The notes beneath the pieces are model-generated. The model was not told where the DNA came from, did not search any database, and worked only from the letters and a program-made list of their open reading frames with translations. From the human T2T-CHM13v2.0 reference genome, Homo sapiens: DNA of 64,000 nt. Both the position numbers and the translations under genes were made by a program. The DNA lies in NCBI RefSeq assembly GCF_009914755.1, contig NC_060941.1, one strand, 5' to 3'. Shown one piece after another: positions 40,946 through 63,221 of the stretch (position 1 is its first letter; every line of letters begins with the position of its first letter).

Positions 40946-42489
40946 AAGACAAATCCTCTATTATAACATCTCCTAGCAATAAATATTTTTCTTTTGCAAT
41001 CTTTGTTAGAGACATAATTTTACATAGTCATAAATCTGTCAATGCTATTTCAGATGGTTTTTTGACAGCTTCCTACACTGGAAATTAAACCAATTTCAGA
41101 AAAGAACTGTTGTCTTCATTCCAGACTTTTCCAAATCACATATCCAACTGCCTACCATATTTCTCACTTGAAGGGCTCAAAAATACATGTACAATATGTG
41201 CAAAATTAAATCACTTCTACTCACCCCAAACTGGTCCTTCTCATCTTCCCTATCTCACCAAATGCACTGCTATCTTTCTTGTGATAAACACATCAAAAAT
41301 CTTCAACACCTTCTCCATGCTGCCTCCCCCATTCACAACACACCAGGTCCTGAATACTCCATCTCCCAATTATTTCTTGACCTTATCCCACTTTTCACCC
41401 TTCACAACACCACCTCTCTGGCCCAGGTCATTATCATGTCTTTCTTGGGTTGCTCTAAGAGTCTCAAACTGATCTCTTCATAAACACTCTTGCCCTCTAC
41501 CAGCCACTTTTCACTCAGCAGACAAGCCACTCCCCCCATGCAAATGTGAACATTTCCTTATTAAATCCCTTCAGTGGCATCCCAAAGCTATTAAGCTAAA
41601 AAAGTCTAAAATCATTAAAAAGGCAGGCATAATCCAGGCCTTATCTGTCCCTCCAACTTCATTTGTTGCCACTTTCCCCTTCCAGACATACTGGTCTTCT
41701 TCCATTTTCTCTGCTGCATGGTAGTCTGTCTCACCATCTCCTATTCTTACTGCCTGTAAGACTCTCCTCAACCTCCCACCATCGCCTTTCACCTCTGAAG
41801 GTCCACTAGCTACTCAAATCACACCCTAGGCATCATTTACTCAGGCAGCCTTTCTCTGACCCCACAATCCAATCAGATGCCCATCTACACGCTTTCAAAG
41901 CACCCTGTGCTGCTTCTCCCTCAGAGATCTTCAGTTTACTACTGGGTGTGTAATTAATTTGCATATGTCACACATAGACCTGCAACCATATCCATCCTAG
42001 TCTTTACTATACCCCCAGCAACCTGTATACAATAAATATTTTTTGAGTAAACAATTCAGAATTTGAGGGGATTAGTAGTCACCTGAAAGTTTTTCAGCAT
42101 ACTGTTACTACATTTTGCCCCTCACACTATGACTAAAAATGACTATATACCTGTCTTAATTTCCTAGCATTGACATACCCTTTACTGACCATCAGGAAAG
42201 AGGGGAGCATAAAACTAGGATGGCCCCCAGTTCTCAAGAAAACATCAACTGGGCAAGGTGGTGCATGCCTGTGTTCCTAGCTACTAGGGATGCCAAGGAT
42301 AGCTTGAGCCCAGGAGTTCCAGTCCAGCCTGGGCCACACAGTGAGACCCTGTCTCAAAATAAACAAATACAAATAATAGACTTTATTAAAAAGAAAATAT
42401 CCAAAATTAAAGTGTTGGCCGGGCACAGTCGCTCACGACTATAATCCCAACACTTTCGGAGGCCAAGACTGGAGGATCACCTGAGGTCA

Positions 42490-42989
<500 letters not shown>

Positions 42990-44409
42990 TTATGGGGGAC
43001 ATGTGACATTTATGGGGTATTTGTTCCACGCATAGAATGTGTGCTGATCAAGTCAGAGTATATGGGGTATTCACCACTTTGAGTATTTTTTATATCTATG
43101 TATTGGTAACATTTCAAGCCCTCTCCTAGCTATTTTGAAATATACATTGTTGCTGACTTTAGTCACCATATCCTAACAGTGACTTCAAGAGACAGTGGCA
43201 TGTTAGGGCTCTGCCACACATTAAGGAAAATTCTACAGACTACATAGCTGACATCAGTGCACACACAACATAATACTCTGAATATATGTGAAACAAATTA
43301 AATTACAGACATGGCAGATTCGATTCATTTCCTACATTATTCAACTTTTCTGGTCAGAACAGATACAGAATGAGTAAATACAACCACTTCTTTTCTAACT
43401 AACCTCCCAATATAGGCAATGAGTTCTTAGCTAAATATAACCTATTCTTCAGAGTTTAACTGGGCATCAATTCTTTTTTTTTTCTTCTTGTTGAGACAAG
43501 GTCTTCCATTCTGTTGCCCAGAGTGCAATGATGGAATCATAGCTCCCTGCAGCCTCCAACTCCTGAGATCAAGCAATCCTCCCGCCTGAGCCTCCCAAGC
43601 AGCTGGGACTACAGGTACAGAGCACTGCACCTGGTTAATTTACTTCATTTTTTGTAGAAAGGGAGTCTGGCTTTGCTACCCAGGCTCTAGCTTCAATTTT
43701 CTACACAGAATTTACCCATCTGACATTCCATATATTTTACTTACTTTAAAAAATCTCCCGTCAGTAAGTTTCAAGAGGGTAAATATTTTGTCTGTCTTGT
43801 TCACCGCATATCCCAACGCCTAAAATAGGGCCTAAGAGAGTAGGCACTCAAGTATTTGTTGATTGAAACCACGATAGAACTCTTCCCTGTCTGGACCACC
43901 GACACAAAGCACCCTCACTGAGTTTCAAAAAAAGCTCAGCCCATGGACTGGAACTTTTCTTCCCGGTTACTTGAGTCAGTCCAGAAAGCTACAGTTAATA
44001 GTAGAACCCTGAGAATGAGGCTTTCCCTTTTTTTTTTTTCTTTCTCATCTCCATGCTTCTGTTTCCTTGGTTCCTCTTGACCATTAACCCTCTTCAACTA
44101 CCACTCTCTTGATACACAGCCTGTAAAACAGTCTAAATTCCAATTTCAGAACTTCAAATTCTTTCTGCACAGATCCCTCCCACTTCCACACCAATCTACA
44201 TCTTCTCTCTTCGCCTTCTCTCATAAATCCGACGTTTCCCACTAGTCCTGCCACTGCCGTTCTTTCCATGCCCTCATTTTATCAGCTCAGTTTGTCTTCC
44301 CGCCTCAGTTTTGGATCTCTCTAAACCTCCTAAACACCGGGGAGTCTTTCCTACTTCAGTCCTAGTCTCTATTCTATTCGCCAACTCCTCCCACTCATCC
44401 ACTCTCAAC

Positions 44410-45475
<1,066 letters not shown>

Positions 45476-45574
45476 CTATTACCATAAAATTGGGAGATAG
45501 TAAGGATTAAGGAATGGAGACTTATACACAAGTGAGTACCAGTAGTCACCCAAGGAAAGCTGAGGAGGTGTTTT

Positions 45575-46280
45575 CATAATCTGTTGTGTAACAAACCGCC
45601 CCAAAACGTAAGACTTAAAACAACCACCATTTTACTTGCTCACAGTTCTGCAATCTGGGCTGGGATTAGCCCACCCGTTCTGCTGGTCTTGCCAGTGGTC
45701 ATAGCAACAAGTGGGGGCTGGTTCCGCTGAAAGAACTGGGTCTCTCTCCCTGTAGTCCAAGTTCTCTCCCTGTCCACGTGGCCTTTCCATGTAATTTGTC
45801 TAGCAGAGTAGGATGACATTTTTTTTTTCCCCCGAGATGGAGTTTCTTATTGCCCAGGCTGGAGTGCAATGGCGCCATCTCGGCTCACTGCATGCAACCT
45901 CTGCCTCCTGGGTTCAAGCGATTTTCTTGCCTCAGCCTCCCAAGTAGCTGAGTAGCTGAGATTACAGGCGCCCGCCACCATGCCCAGCTAATTTTTTGTA
46001 TTTTTAGTAGAGACGGGGTTTCATCCTGTTGGCCAGGCTGGTCTCAAACTCCTGACCTCAGATGATCCACCCGCCTCGGCCTCCCAAAGTACTGAGATTA
46101 CAGGCATGAGCCACCGTGCCCGGCCAGAATACTTCTTACATGTTGGCTCGGGGCTCCCAAAAGGGCAAAAGTGGAAGCTGCCAGGCCTTCTTAAAGCGTA
46201 GGTGCAGAACTAGCACTTTGGCTATATTCTTGGTTAAAGCAAGTAGAAGGGCTAGCCCCAATTCAAGGGGAGGGGACTAT
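45575..46280 (-). mobile_element. MLT1-family LTR just upstream of the promoter, with an Alu inserted
   Basis: GTGTAACAAACC.CCCCAAAAC...CTTAAAACAACC...TGCTCACAGTTCTG is an MLT1 3' end in reverse orientation. Confidence 0.6.
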
Positions 46281-47122
46281 GCCAGGGTCCCTTCCAATAC
46301 TGGAAGGCATGGTTCATTTCAGCAACCAATGTAACATATTACCACAGAAAGTTTTCCATCTTTGGTTGGTAGTGGCTTTGATACTAGTTATGGCATTTTA
46401 TTTAGTGCATGCTGCTGGAAAGGTAAAAGAAAAGATGGCCTCGGAGATAGGACTGGTGGGGTTGAAGTGATTGTATTTAAGATATTGGTAACTTTCTGTT
46501 AGCTCCAAAGAGCAACCCAGTTTACCTGTAGGTCGGGCCAGAGAGACCCTAGTAGCACTGCAGCTGGGAAACCTGGCCTTTAATCCTGCCCCCACCATTT
46601 ACTAACCCTGTGAGTATGGGCAATTTGCTTAAACACTTGAAGGCTTAGTTTGCTCAATATTACAAAATAGGATAATAATCTCATGGGGTTGTGAGAATTA
46701 AATCAGATAATGCATATAAAACAGCAGAATGTCTAGTATATAGTGAGTTCCTAATAATAATAATATTGTTCCTTATAACTTCTCTGGTCAGTTTTTTTTA
46801 AGTATTCCATAAAGATAAAACATTTTAATAACTGAAAATTTTTAAATAATTTAAATAATACATAAAGATATCAGAAAGACAAAAATTATCTAAAATCTCA
46901 CCACTCACAGCCAAGCACCATCAAATTTGGGTAACCTTACTACTAAACCTCTATATCTCATAAGGATATATAACCAAATAATTTTTATACAAATAATAAT
47001 ATATATTTGTATATACATGTAATTACATATATATACACACACACATGCACATATACTCAAATATAACTCTTGGAGATTCTTCCACTTCCAACAATATAGC
47101 TCTTTATTGTTCTTTGTGATAG

Positions 47123-47926
<804 letters not shown>

Positions 47927-48623
47927 TTATCTGGAGACTCCACAGAATAGATTAACAACATCTGCCTTTTTCCAAATTTACCCTGAAATGTCCAAGGATG
48001 TAATTGGTCAGAGAAGTCTCTCAAACTTCCATACCACAGCAAGGACAGTGCAGATGTCCAATTAGCCAGTTACATCCTTTGCTACCTCTTTGTAGCAGGA
48101 AACTGATTCTGCACATCCAGTGAATAATGCTGCTAATTATGAAATGTTGCCTAGCAAGTTATCAGAGCTGCTTTCAGCATCAGCTGCCTACTGGACTGGA
48201 ATCAATCCTTGAGGGCATCAGACTGGACTCCCTCTTGACTGAAATTAATTATTTCAAGGACTTTGTGGCCCTTCCCTGTCACTGTCCTTTGGCCACAGCC
48301 AGCCTGTCAACAGCCACAGGTCTCTCTAACTTTGTATTTCAGAAAGTAATCATTGAGTATCAATTTCTTCTAGCTTAGAAGACTCTAGCTTCCTTATGTA
48401 AATGTATCCACCTCCTTCTTAGGGACCAAGTTTACATATCAGGGATCTAATAGCCATTATAGTTGTCACAAAAGCTATATCCAGGCAGGTGCAGTGGCTT
48501 ACGCCTGTAATCCCAGCACTTTCGGAGGCTGAGGAGGGTGGATCACCTGTGGTCATGAGTTCTAGACTAGCCTGGCCAACATGATGAAACCCCGTCTCTA
48601 TTAAAAATACAAAAAATTAGTCA

Positions 48624-48866
<243 letters not shown>

Positions 48867-49673
48867 CTAAGGATACCACATTTTCTTTTTCATTTCTTTA
48901 CGGTTTTTGAGACAGGATCTCATTCTGTCACCCAGGCTGGAGTGTAGCATCATGATCACAGCTCACTGTAGACTCGACTACCTGGGCTCTTGAATCCGGG
49001 AGGCAGAGGTTGCAGTTAGCCAAGATCACGCCATTGCACTCCCCGCTGGGCAACAGAGGGAGACTCCGTCTCAAAAAATAAAATAAATAAATGAATAATG
49101 ATAGCTGGTGGAAGAACTGGATATAAATGTACATCTTACTACTGCCCTGCTTCCTGTTCCAAGTCTCATAAAACAGAACATACTCATTTTAAAAATTAAA
49201 CAGTAAATTTCAAATCGAGCTGAAAATTCAGAATTAGTGTTATTGACACACCAGAAAATTTGAGGATACTCTGAAAAAATACAGGGTGAATAGGAAGACC
49301 ATCTAAAATGCCAAGAAGTTTTATAGGAAGCTTAAGATGATTATAACATTTAGCTGGAAAACAAAATGTGCAAGAATAGCCAATAATGATGTTTTCCACT
49401 TGGAAAAAAATTAAAATTACACCATACATAAAATAATCCCATATGGATTAAGAAACAAAATAATCATAAAAACCAAAAAAAATTGACCAGGTACGATAGC
49501 TCATTCCTATAATCCCAGCACCTTGGAAGGCTGAGGCAGGTGGGTTCGCTTGAGCCCAGGAGTTTGAGCCCTGCCTAGGAAGCCAACATGGCAAAACCCC
49601 ATTTCTACAAAAAATACAAAAATTAGCCGGGTGTGGTGGTGTGGGAAGCCAACATGGCAAAACCCCATTTCTA

Positions 49674-50114
<441 letters not shown>

Positions 50115-52148
50115 TTAGGGAAACCTCAGGAAAACTGAGTTGGAATGTTAGAAGTGGGACATGAGAGTCTTTAATTTTGTCTATATCATTTGAATGTCTT
50201 ACAATGATAATGGATTCATACATCATTTGTATGATTTAAAAAAAAAAGATTTAAAATAAGAAAAAGAAGAGAAAATCAAATTTGTCAAAAAAAAAAAAAA
50301 AAAAAAACCACACACACACACACAGCCTGACACTTATGCAGGAAAAGACAGTTTGGAGGGGAAGCAAAGCCTCCTGTGGCCTCAGCAGCTGCTCAGGACA
50401 GCCATCCTCCATGTGACGATTCTATGATCCACATAGCCACAGTCTGCGGCACCACCATGTCAACATGGGCTTCCAGGACCCCTGCAAAAAGGAGAGAGAG
50501 AGGATGGCTTTTCAGAGCTTCCACTCGGAAGTGAGACGCATCATTGACAACCAAATCAACTCAGATGTCCCCACCTAACTTGGGGTGGGGAAGAGGGCAG
50601 GCCTGCAGTCCCTCCATGTGCTCAAAATACTGCTGAAGAGTGATGGTGTTCACTACACACACCTCATCCACAAGCACCACAGACAGACAAAACAGAATCA
50701 AAATGTAGACGAATAGGGATTATACTCTAAAATGAGCAATTCCTCAAAAAATTAAAAATAGGATTACCCTGTGATCTGGCAATTCCACTTCTAGGTATAT
50801 AGCCCCCAAAACTGAAGGCAGGATCTCGCCTACCATCACACCTGCCTAATTTTTTGTATTTTTAGTAGAGACGGGGTTTCACCGTGTTAGCTGGGATGGT
50901 CTTGATCTCCTGACCTTGTGATCCGCCTGCCTGGGCCTCCCAAAGTGCTGGGATTACAGGCGTGAGCCACCGCACCTGGCCTCCATGTCAGTCTCTTAAG
51001 TAGCTACGACTACAGGTGCACACCATCACATCCAGCGAATTAAAAAAAAAAAATTTTTTTTTTTTTTTTTTTTTTTTTAGAGACAGAGTCTTGCTATGTT
51101 GCCCAGGCTAGTCTTGAACTCTTGGCCTAGAGCGATCCTTCCTTCCAGCTGGGCCTCCCAAAATGCTGGGATTACAGATGTGAGCCACCACACCCAGCAT
51201 GAATACCTTTTTTTTTTTTTTGAGATGGAGTCTCACTCTGTCACCCAGGCTGGAGAGCAGTGGCATGATCTCAGCTCACGGCAACCTCCGCCTCCTGGGT
51301 TCAAGCAATTCTCCTATCTCAGTCCTCTGAGTAGCCACCACACCTGGCTGATTTTTGTATTTTTAGTAGACACGGGTTTTTACCATGTTGGCCAGAGTGC
51401 TCTCCTGACCTCAGGTGATCCGCCTGCCTGCCTTGGCCTCCCAAAGTGCTGGGATTACAGGCATGAGCCACTGCGCCCGGCCCGCGTGAATACCATTTTT
51501 AACACATCGATTTGAATCGTCCTGTTGGTAATTCATGTACTTCCCACATATGCTTGAGTTTATTTCTAGACTTGTTTCATTGATCTGTCAGCTTATTTCT
51601 ATACATGTACACATTTGTTTTAATTAGTGTAGCTTTCTATTACTATGCAGTATAATATAACATAAGGCCCCTATGTTAATCTTGTTTTTCAGAATTTGCC
51701 TGACTCACATGTCCATGCAATAAACTCCAGAACCATTTTATTAAGTTTTCTACAAAAATCCTTTTGGGATTTTTTTATTGTTATTACATTTTATATAGAT
51801 AGATGAATTTTGAGAGGATTGGCATTTCTTCAATATTGACTCTCCTACTCATATTTAATAAGACTTCATCCTAGAATACAAGACCATTCACAGCAGTTCC
51901 AATCTACCTTTTCCTTCGGCGTTTAACTACCTTCCAGCCAAATTCACTATGATCTGGTCTCTGAACATATTCTGTGTTCTTTTCTGCATCTCTCTTCACC
52001 CAAACTAGTCTCTCTTTCTGAAACATCCTCCTCCTCTTCTTCCCACAGTTTCCTGGCCGGGCACGGTGGCTCATGCCTGTAATCCCAGCACTTTGGGAGG
52101 CCGAGGCAGGCAGATCATGAGGTCAGGAGATGGAGACCACCCTGGCTA

Positions 52149-52547
<399 letters not shown>

Positions 52548-53356
52548 TGAGTAGCTAGCTGGGATTACAGGTGCCCGCCTCCCTGCCCGGCTTTTTTTTT
52601 TTTTAAAGAGATGGGGTTTCACCATGTTGAACAGGCTCAAATTCCTGACCTGAAGTGATCTGCCCACCTTGGACCCCCAAAGTGCTGGAATTACAGGTGT
52701 GAGCCACCATGTCCAGCCTCCTTCCCACAATTTCTACTGTCCCACAGCCTACATATACTTTCATGTCTCATTACAAATTGCCACTTAACCCATAAAGCCT
52801 TCTTCATTCTTCCATCCAGATGTAACCTCTAGCTCCGTTGAAGCCCCATAGCATTTGTTTCGTCACTTTCTTAGGGTACTCACTCAAATTTGCCCTCTGA
52901 ATAGTTATTTGCGTTTCTTTTATTGGCCCACAATCAACAACAGTTCTGTATTACAGCAACAGGTCTCAACTAGGAGTTCACGTCAGAATCTTGGAAGACC
53001 TTTTTAAAAAATCCAAATGCTAGCCAGGCGCAGTGGCTCACGCCTGTAATCCCAGCACTTTGGGAAGCTTAGGCGGGTGGGTCACCTGAGGCCAGGAGTT
53101 CGAGACCAGCCTGACCAAAATGGAGAAAACCCCATCTCTACTAAAAATACAAAATTAGCCTGGTGTGGTGGCACATGCCTGTAATCCCAGCTACTGGGGA
53201 GGCTGAGGCAGGAGACTCGCTTGAACCCGGGAGGCGGAGGTTGCGGTGAGCCCCGACATCGCGCCACTGCACTCTAGTCTGGGCAACAAAAGCAAAACTC
53301 CGCCAAAAAAAAAAAATCCCCACAGGTTGTCTGTGAACCTCTGGTTGAAACACTGT

Positions 53357-53357
53357 T

Positions 53358-53400
<43 letters not shown>

Positions 53401-53404
53401 TTTT
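53357..53404. repeat. (TTTA)n microsatellite in an Alu tail
   Basis: Directly visible. Confidence 0.9.
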
Positions 53405-53407
53405 TGA

Positions 53408-53587
<180 letters not shown>

Positions 53588-53656
53588 TAGTGTTGTTCTC
53601 CTGACCTCGTGATCCGCCCACCTCCGCCTCCCAAAGTGCTGGGATTACAGGGGTGA

Positions 53657-54004
<348 letters not shown>

Positions 54005-54378
54005 TAATAGCTGCACAGCATTCCACTGGAAAGATGAGCCATTACATATTTTACCAGGCTTCTACTAGCAAGCAGCTGTTTTTAGTTTCTTTCTACTATA
54101 AACAATGCTGGGATACACATCTTGTACCTGCGGATCCTACAATTTAAGGGGTCAGCGGAAGTAAGGGAAGCATCAGGGGAAAATGGGATTCAACTTGTCC
54201 CTTACGGAGGAGAGTGTCTGAAGCTGCTTAGAGATGACCTTGGCCTGACCTCCTTGATGGCAGTGCTTAGAGCAGTAGCCCTCAAATCTCAATGTGAAGA
54301 TCACTTGGGGAGCTAATTAAACAGCAGGTTCCTAAGTCGCACTCCAGAGAATCAGGTTCAGTCTGGGGCAAGGTCTGA

Positions 54379-54669
<291 letters not shown>

Positions 54670-54719
54670 TGAGCCCCCGTGCCCAGCTGGGAATCTGCTT
54701 TTTTTTTTTTTTTTTTTGA

Positions 54720-55073
<354 letters not shown>

Positions 55074-55458
55074 TGACTTCAAGAGTAGAGGGAAGTAAAC
55101 AGTGTTCACCTGAGAAGCAGGAGAGGCTGTCGGGGGTCGGATAGGACAGACAGTTACTTAGGCATCTTCAATCATTCCCAGAGGATCAGGCCGTAGTGTG
55201 CTTTGGGTTGGAACAGAACTATGAATAACAAATCCACCAGCTGGCTTCCATTCTCTAAGAAAGTCCAGGGATTCTCAGAGTCACATAGAAAGACCCCAAG
55301 TCCCCTAGTCTCTCCCTAATCTGGCAATTCCTCCCCTCCCTTGTCCTCCATGTCATTCAGTTAGGACTATAGGACTACAGGACTAGAAGTAGCTCAGCAT
55401 GTTCACTGGAGCATTAAAAAGTCCACTAGTGGCTGGGCGAAGTGGCTCATGCCTGTAA

Positions 55459-55827
<369 letters not shown>

Positions 55828-56144
55828 TGAACTTTTGACCTTGGGTGATCCACCGCCTCGACCTCCCAAAATTCTGGGATTAGAGGCATCAGCCACCAAG
55901 CCCGGCCTTTACTTTTTGTCGAGACAGAGTCTCACTTTGTTGCCCAGGCTGGTCTCAAACTTCTGGGCTCAAGCGATCCTCCCACCTCAGCCTCCCAAAT
56001 TGCTGGGATTACAGGCAGAAGCATTATTTAAACAGCAAAAATCTGGAAAAGAATTCCAGTTGTTAAAATGAGTGGTAGGTTCACAAGTCTTTGTCTTATT
56101 GTGCATACAAAATACATATGCATGACTTTATTTTTTTTTTTTAG

Positions 56145-56465
<321 letters not shown>

Positions 56466-56486
56466 TAGGCCAGGCGCGGTGGCTCA

Positions 56487-56761
<275 letters not shown>

Positions 56762-57026
56762 TTAAAAATTAAATTAATAAAATAAGAGAAAGACAAAGTT
56801 CCTTACTCACTACTGGAATCTCTTGAGGTTATTTACCCTCTGTACCTCATCTCTCCTCCATCAGGCACTAGGGACCAGGGAGCAAGATGTCAGGCCTCAG
56901 CTGGATGCAGTGGCTCATGCCTGTAATCCCAACACTTTGGGAGGCCGACATGGACAGATCATGAGATCAGGAGTTCAGGACCAGCCTGGCCAATATTGTG
57001 AAACCCCCATCTCTACTAAAAATTCA

Positions 57027-57332
<306 letters not shown>

Positions 57333-57853
57333 TCATTTCCCAGCCGAGCTGATTGCATGTTTGGCTAATATGACATTTTTCTCTGATGACAACAGGACTA
57401 TGTGGGACACTGTATTTTGGACAAGCAAGTCATTCCAGCATCTACCTTCTCCTATCCTACTGCCTCCAAACCATTCCCACTGTTTCTCTTTTGCATCCTC
57501 CAGCCTCACATCTGGCTGTGTCTCTAGGTTTCCTTTTGCATCTCTAGTGATGAGCCTTCTTTGGCTCTTTCTCACTGTTTGTAAGCTCAGCAGCCAGCCT
57601 AGAGCTCTCCTGAGTCTTTTTTTTTTTTTTTTTTTTTTGAGACGGAGTCTTGCTCTGTCGCCCAGGCTACAGTGCGGTGGCGTGATCCTGGCTCACTGCA
57701 GTTTCTGCTTACTCGATTCAAGCAATTCTCCTGCCTCGGCTTCCCCAGTAGCTGGGATTAAAAGCATGTGCCACCACGTCTGGCTAATTGTATTTTTTAG
57801 TAGAGACGGGGTTTCGCCATGTTGGCCAGGCTGGTCTCAGACTCCTGACCTCA

Positions 57854-57964
<111 letters not shown>

Positions 57965-59137
57965 CTAGTTTTAATCACTTGTCTTAAAAATGGAAAAACT
58001 AATGCTAGAGTGGGAAGGAGACTTGGATGGACCGAGGATGCTTAGCTCTTCCGTGGCAGATTTTGGACCAGAACCCGGATCTCCTGTGTCTCCTGAGGGA
58101 TAGAGGTGAGGGAGGAGGACCCACAGCCACTAGCTCAGCCTTGCCCCAGCTCCTCCCAAGGCCTCAACACTCAGCCCTTTGAAGATGCTGGCTACTAAGC
58201 AGCTAATGAGTCTACCACTCTGGGGGCGGGAAGAGCCTGCCTCACCTGTCAGCCGGTCCATTGCATAACTTGACAAGTTGAGGCCAGGGACTCTGCTTCC
58301 CACACTAGGCCCAGCTGAAGAGGGAAAAGGTCAGGGTGCAGGGAGTAACAAGGAAGCTGGACGCTAGTCCTACCTTCCCCTCAGATCCTACCCCCTCTCC
58401 CTGCAGGGCTTGGGGTGGGTTAAAGTTAAGAGAGGCCTATCGGGGAAGCAGGGGTGGGAAAACAGGTTCTCTGCAAGAGTTCAACGGGGCAGGGCTAGTA
58501 CTCTTTCTCACCTCTGAAGGGTCTTTTATTTCAGGGAGGGAATTTGCGGACAAGACAGAAAAGAGGCTGGGTGCAGTGGCTCACACTTGTAATCCCAACA
58601 CTTTGGGAGGCTGAGGCAGGAGAATCACTTGAGCCAAGGAGTTTGAGACCAAACTGGGCAACACAGTGAGGCCCTGTCTATACCATTTTAAAAATTAACC
58701 AAGCATGGTGGCGCATGCTTGTAGTCCCAGCTATTTGGGAGGCTGAGGCAGGAGGATGGCTTTAGGAGTTCGAGGCTGCAGTGAGCTGTGATGTGCACCA
58801 CTGCACTCCAGCCTGAGGGACAGAGCAAGACCTTGTCTTAGAAACAACAACAACAGCAACAAAACACGTAGGCCAGGTGCAGTTGTTCACCCCTGTAATC
58901 CCAGCTACTCAAGAGGCTAAGGCAGGGAGAATCTCTTGAACCCAGGAGGTGGAGGCAGCAGTGAGCTGAGAGCTGAGACTGCGCCACTGCACTCCAGCCT
59001 GGGTGACAGAGTGAGACCTTGTCTCCAAAAAAAAGAAAAAAAGAAAAATAAAAAACATGGAAAGGAAGAGGAAGCGCCGGGCGCAGTGACTCACGCCTGT
59101 AATCCCAGCACTTTGGGAGGCCATGGCAGGCGGATCA

Positions 59138-59620
<483 letters not shown>

Positions 59621-60061
59621 TCAGGTGTGCCATGAAGATGGCCATACTTAGCCACTGTTCAGCAATTCCATCACAGCCTCTGAGCAATCCAATGAGAGGC
59701 TTTTGTTTTTGTTTTTTTTTTGGAGACTGAGTCTTGCTCTGTCACCCTGGCTGGAGTGCAGTGGCATGATCTCAGCTCACTGCAACTTTCCCCCTCCTGG
59801 GTTCAAGCAATTCTTGTGCCTCAGCCTCCTGAGCAGCTGGGATCACAGTCACGCGCCACCACACCTGGCTAATTTTTGTATTTTAGTAGAGACAGGGTTT
59901 CACCATGTTGGCCATGTTGAAGTAAGGAGTCTCAAACTCCTTACTTCAAGTGTTCCACCCGCCTTGGCCTCCCAGAGTGCTGGGATTACAGGCGTGAGCC
60001 ACCACTCCCAGCCTGGTTTTGTTTTTTTAAATTATCCAACTGTTTATCATCTATAAGACCA

Positions 60062-60390
60062 CATATATGTATATAATATTTAGTATATATCATATATATG
60101 ATATATATTTAGTATATATCATATATATGATATATATTTAGTATATATCATATATATGATATATATTTAGTATATATCATATATATGATATATATTTAGT
60201 ATATATCATATATATGATATATATTTAGTATATATCATATATATATATAAAATATATATCATATATATGATATATATTTTATATATATATCATATATATG
60301 ATATATATTTTATATATATATCATATATATGATATATATTTTATATATATATCATATATATGATATATATTTTATATATATATCATATAT
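60062..60390. repeat. AT-rich palindromic minisatellite (about 29-31-bp period)
   Basis: Unit ATTTAGTATATATCATATATATGATATAT repeated, then switching to a TTTTATATA variant. Confidence 0.95.
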
Positions 60391-60764
60391 AAGGCCCTCC
60401 CACAGAAGCACTCCCAAAACTGTACACAACCCATGGAAATACAGGATCCCCAAAACCCAAAGTACTTCCTACGCAACTGAGTTTGGGGGTTGAAGTTTGT
60501 GGCAGCTACAGAGGCCTCTCTGGTGACTGAAGGCCTGGTTTTAGTTACAGACTTCTGTGCATTGTAGATATCAACAGCACGGAAAAGTCAAACACCCGTG
60601 TTCGCATGCTGAGGTCCAGTTTGGACTTGCCGTGTACGCTTCGCTGTAACATTAAATGAAAAAAAAACCCTCTTTGTATTATACTCGCCCAGCCAGAAAT
60701 TTATATTTTAGATACAAATTAGTGAATATAAAGATGTAATTTTTTGGCTGGGCGTGGTAGCTCA

Positions 60765-61022
<258 letters not shown>

Positions 61023-61537
61023 TCAATAATAATAACAAAAAAGATGTAATTGTTTTTCCCATCCATATTCAAGGACCCCAGGTCACAAGAAATCCTGGCC
61101 ACAAGAAATTCATCTCTTCTCAATCCCAAACTCTTCCACAGGACTCACAAGGCCTCCAGAGACAAGTAGCCCAAGATCTTTGACCTGCTTGAAGGAAGAG
61201 CGGGAGAGGGTGGGGGCGCAGTTCTCACCCAGCGTCAGCCCTTGATGTGTCTCTGGGCTTGCTCTGGCAGGCCCCAGTCCAAGGGCAAAATGGAGGACAT
61301 TTGGCTTTGATTGGAAAAGATTTCAGAATTCTGTGGTTTGATGCTCTCTGACCATGAGTGGATAGGTGGGAGCCACTGATGGTTAATATCTCAATATAAT
61401 ATTTTCCCATTTACCTTTATGGCGTTACACACAATCCTAACATGCCTAGTCATCTCCCCTCCCCTCTCCTCCCCTTCCCTTTTTGAGATGGAGTCTGGTC
61501 CTGTTGCCCACACCAGAATGCAGTGGCATGATCATAG

Positions 61538-61852
<315 letters not shown>

Positions 61853-62350
61853 TGAGCCACCACACCCGGCCCTATCTCTTTTCTTAACTCACAGGAAAAT
61901 AGAAGCAGCAGATTAGAAAAGTCTGATCAGCAGCTGCTAAAAAAACACATAATACCAAGGCTGGGTGTGGTGGCTCACACCTGTAATCCCAGCACTTTAG
62001 GAACCTGAGGTGGGAGGATTGCATGAGGCCTAGGAGTTGAAGACCAGCGTGGGCAATATAGCGAGACCCCTGTCTCCACAAAAAAATTAAGAAAAAAAAA
62101 CAAACAAAAAACTAGCTGACTGTGGTGGCATGCACCTGTCATTCTAGGTACTTGAGAAGCTAAGGTGGGAGGATTGATTGATCCCAGAAGTTCGAGGCTG
62201 CAGTGAGCTATCATTGTGCCATTGCACTCCAGCCTGGCCAAGAGAGCAAGACCCCGCCTCTAAAAAAAACAATAAAAATGGCCGGGCACAGTGGCTCACG
62301 CCTGTAATCCCAGCACTTTGGGAGGCCAAGGTGGGCAGATCACAAGGTCA

Positions 62351-62892
<542 letters not shown>

Positions 62893-62969
62893 TTAAAAAC
62901 AAACAAACAACAAAAATAAAAATAAAAATAAATAACACATAATGCCTAAGGTAATTGAAAACACCCTGA

Positions 62970-63221
<252 letters not shown>

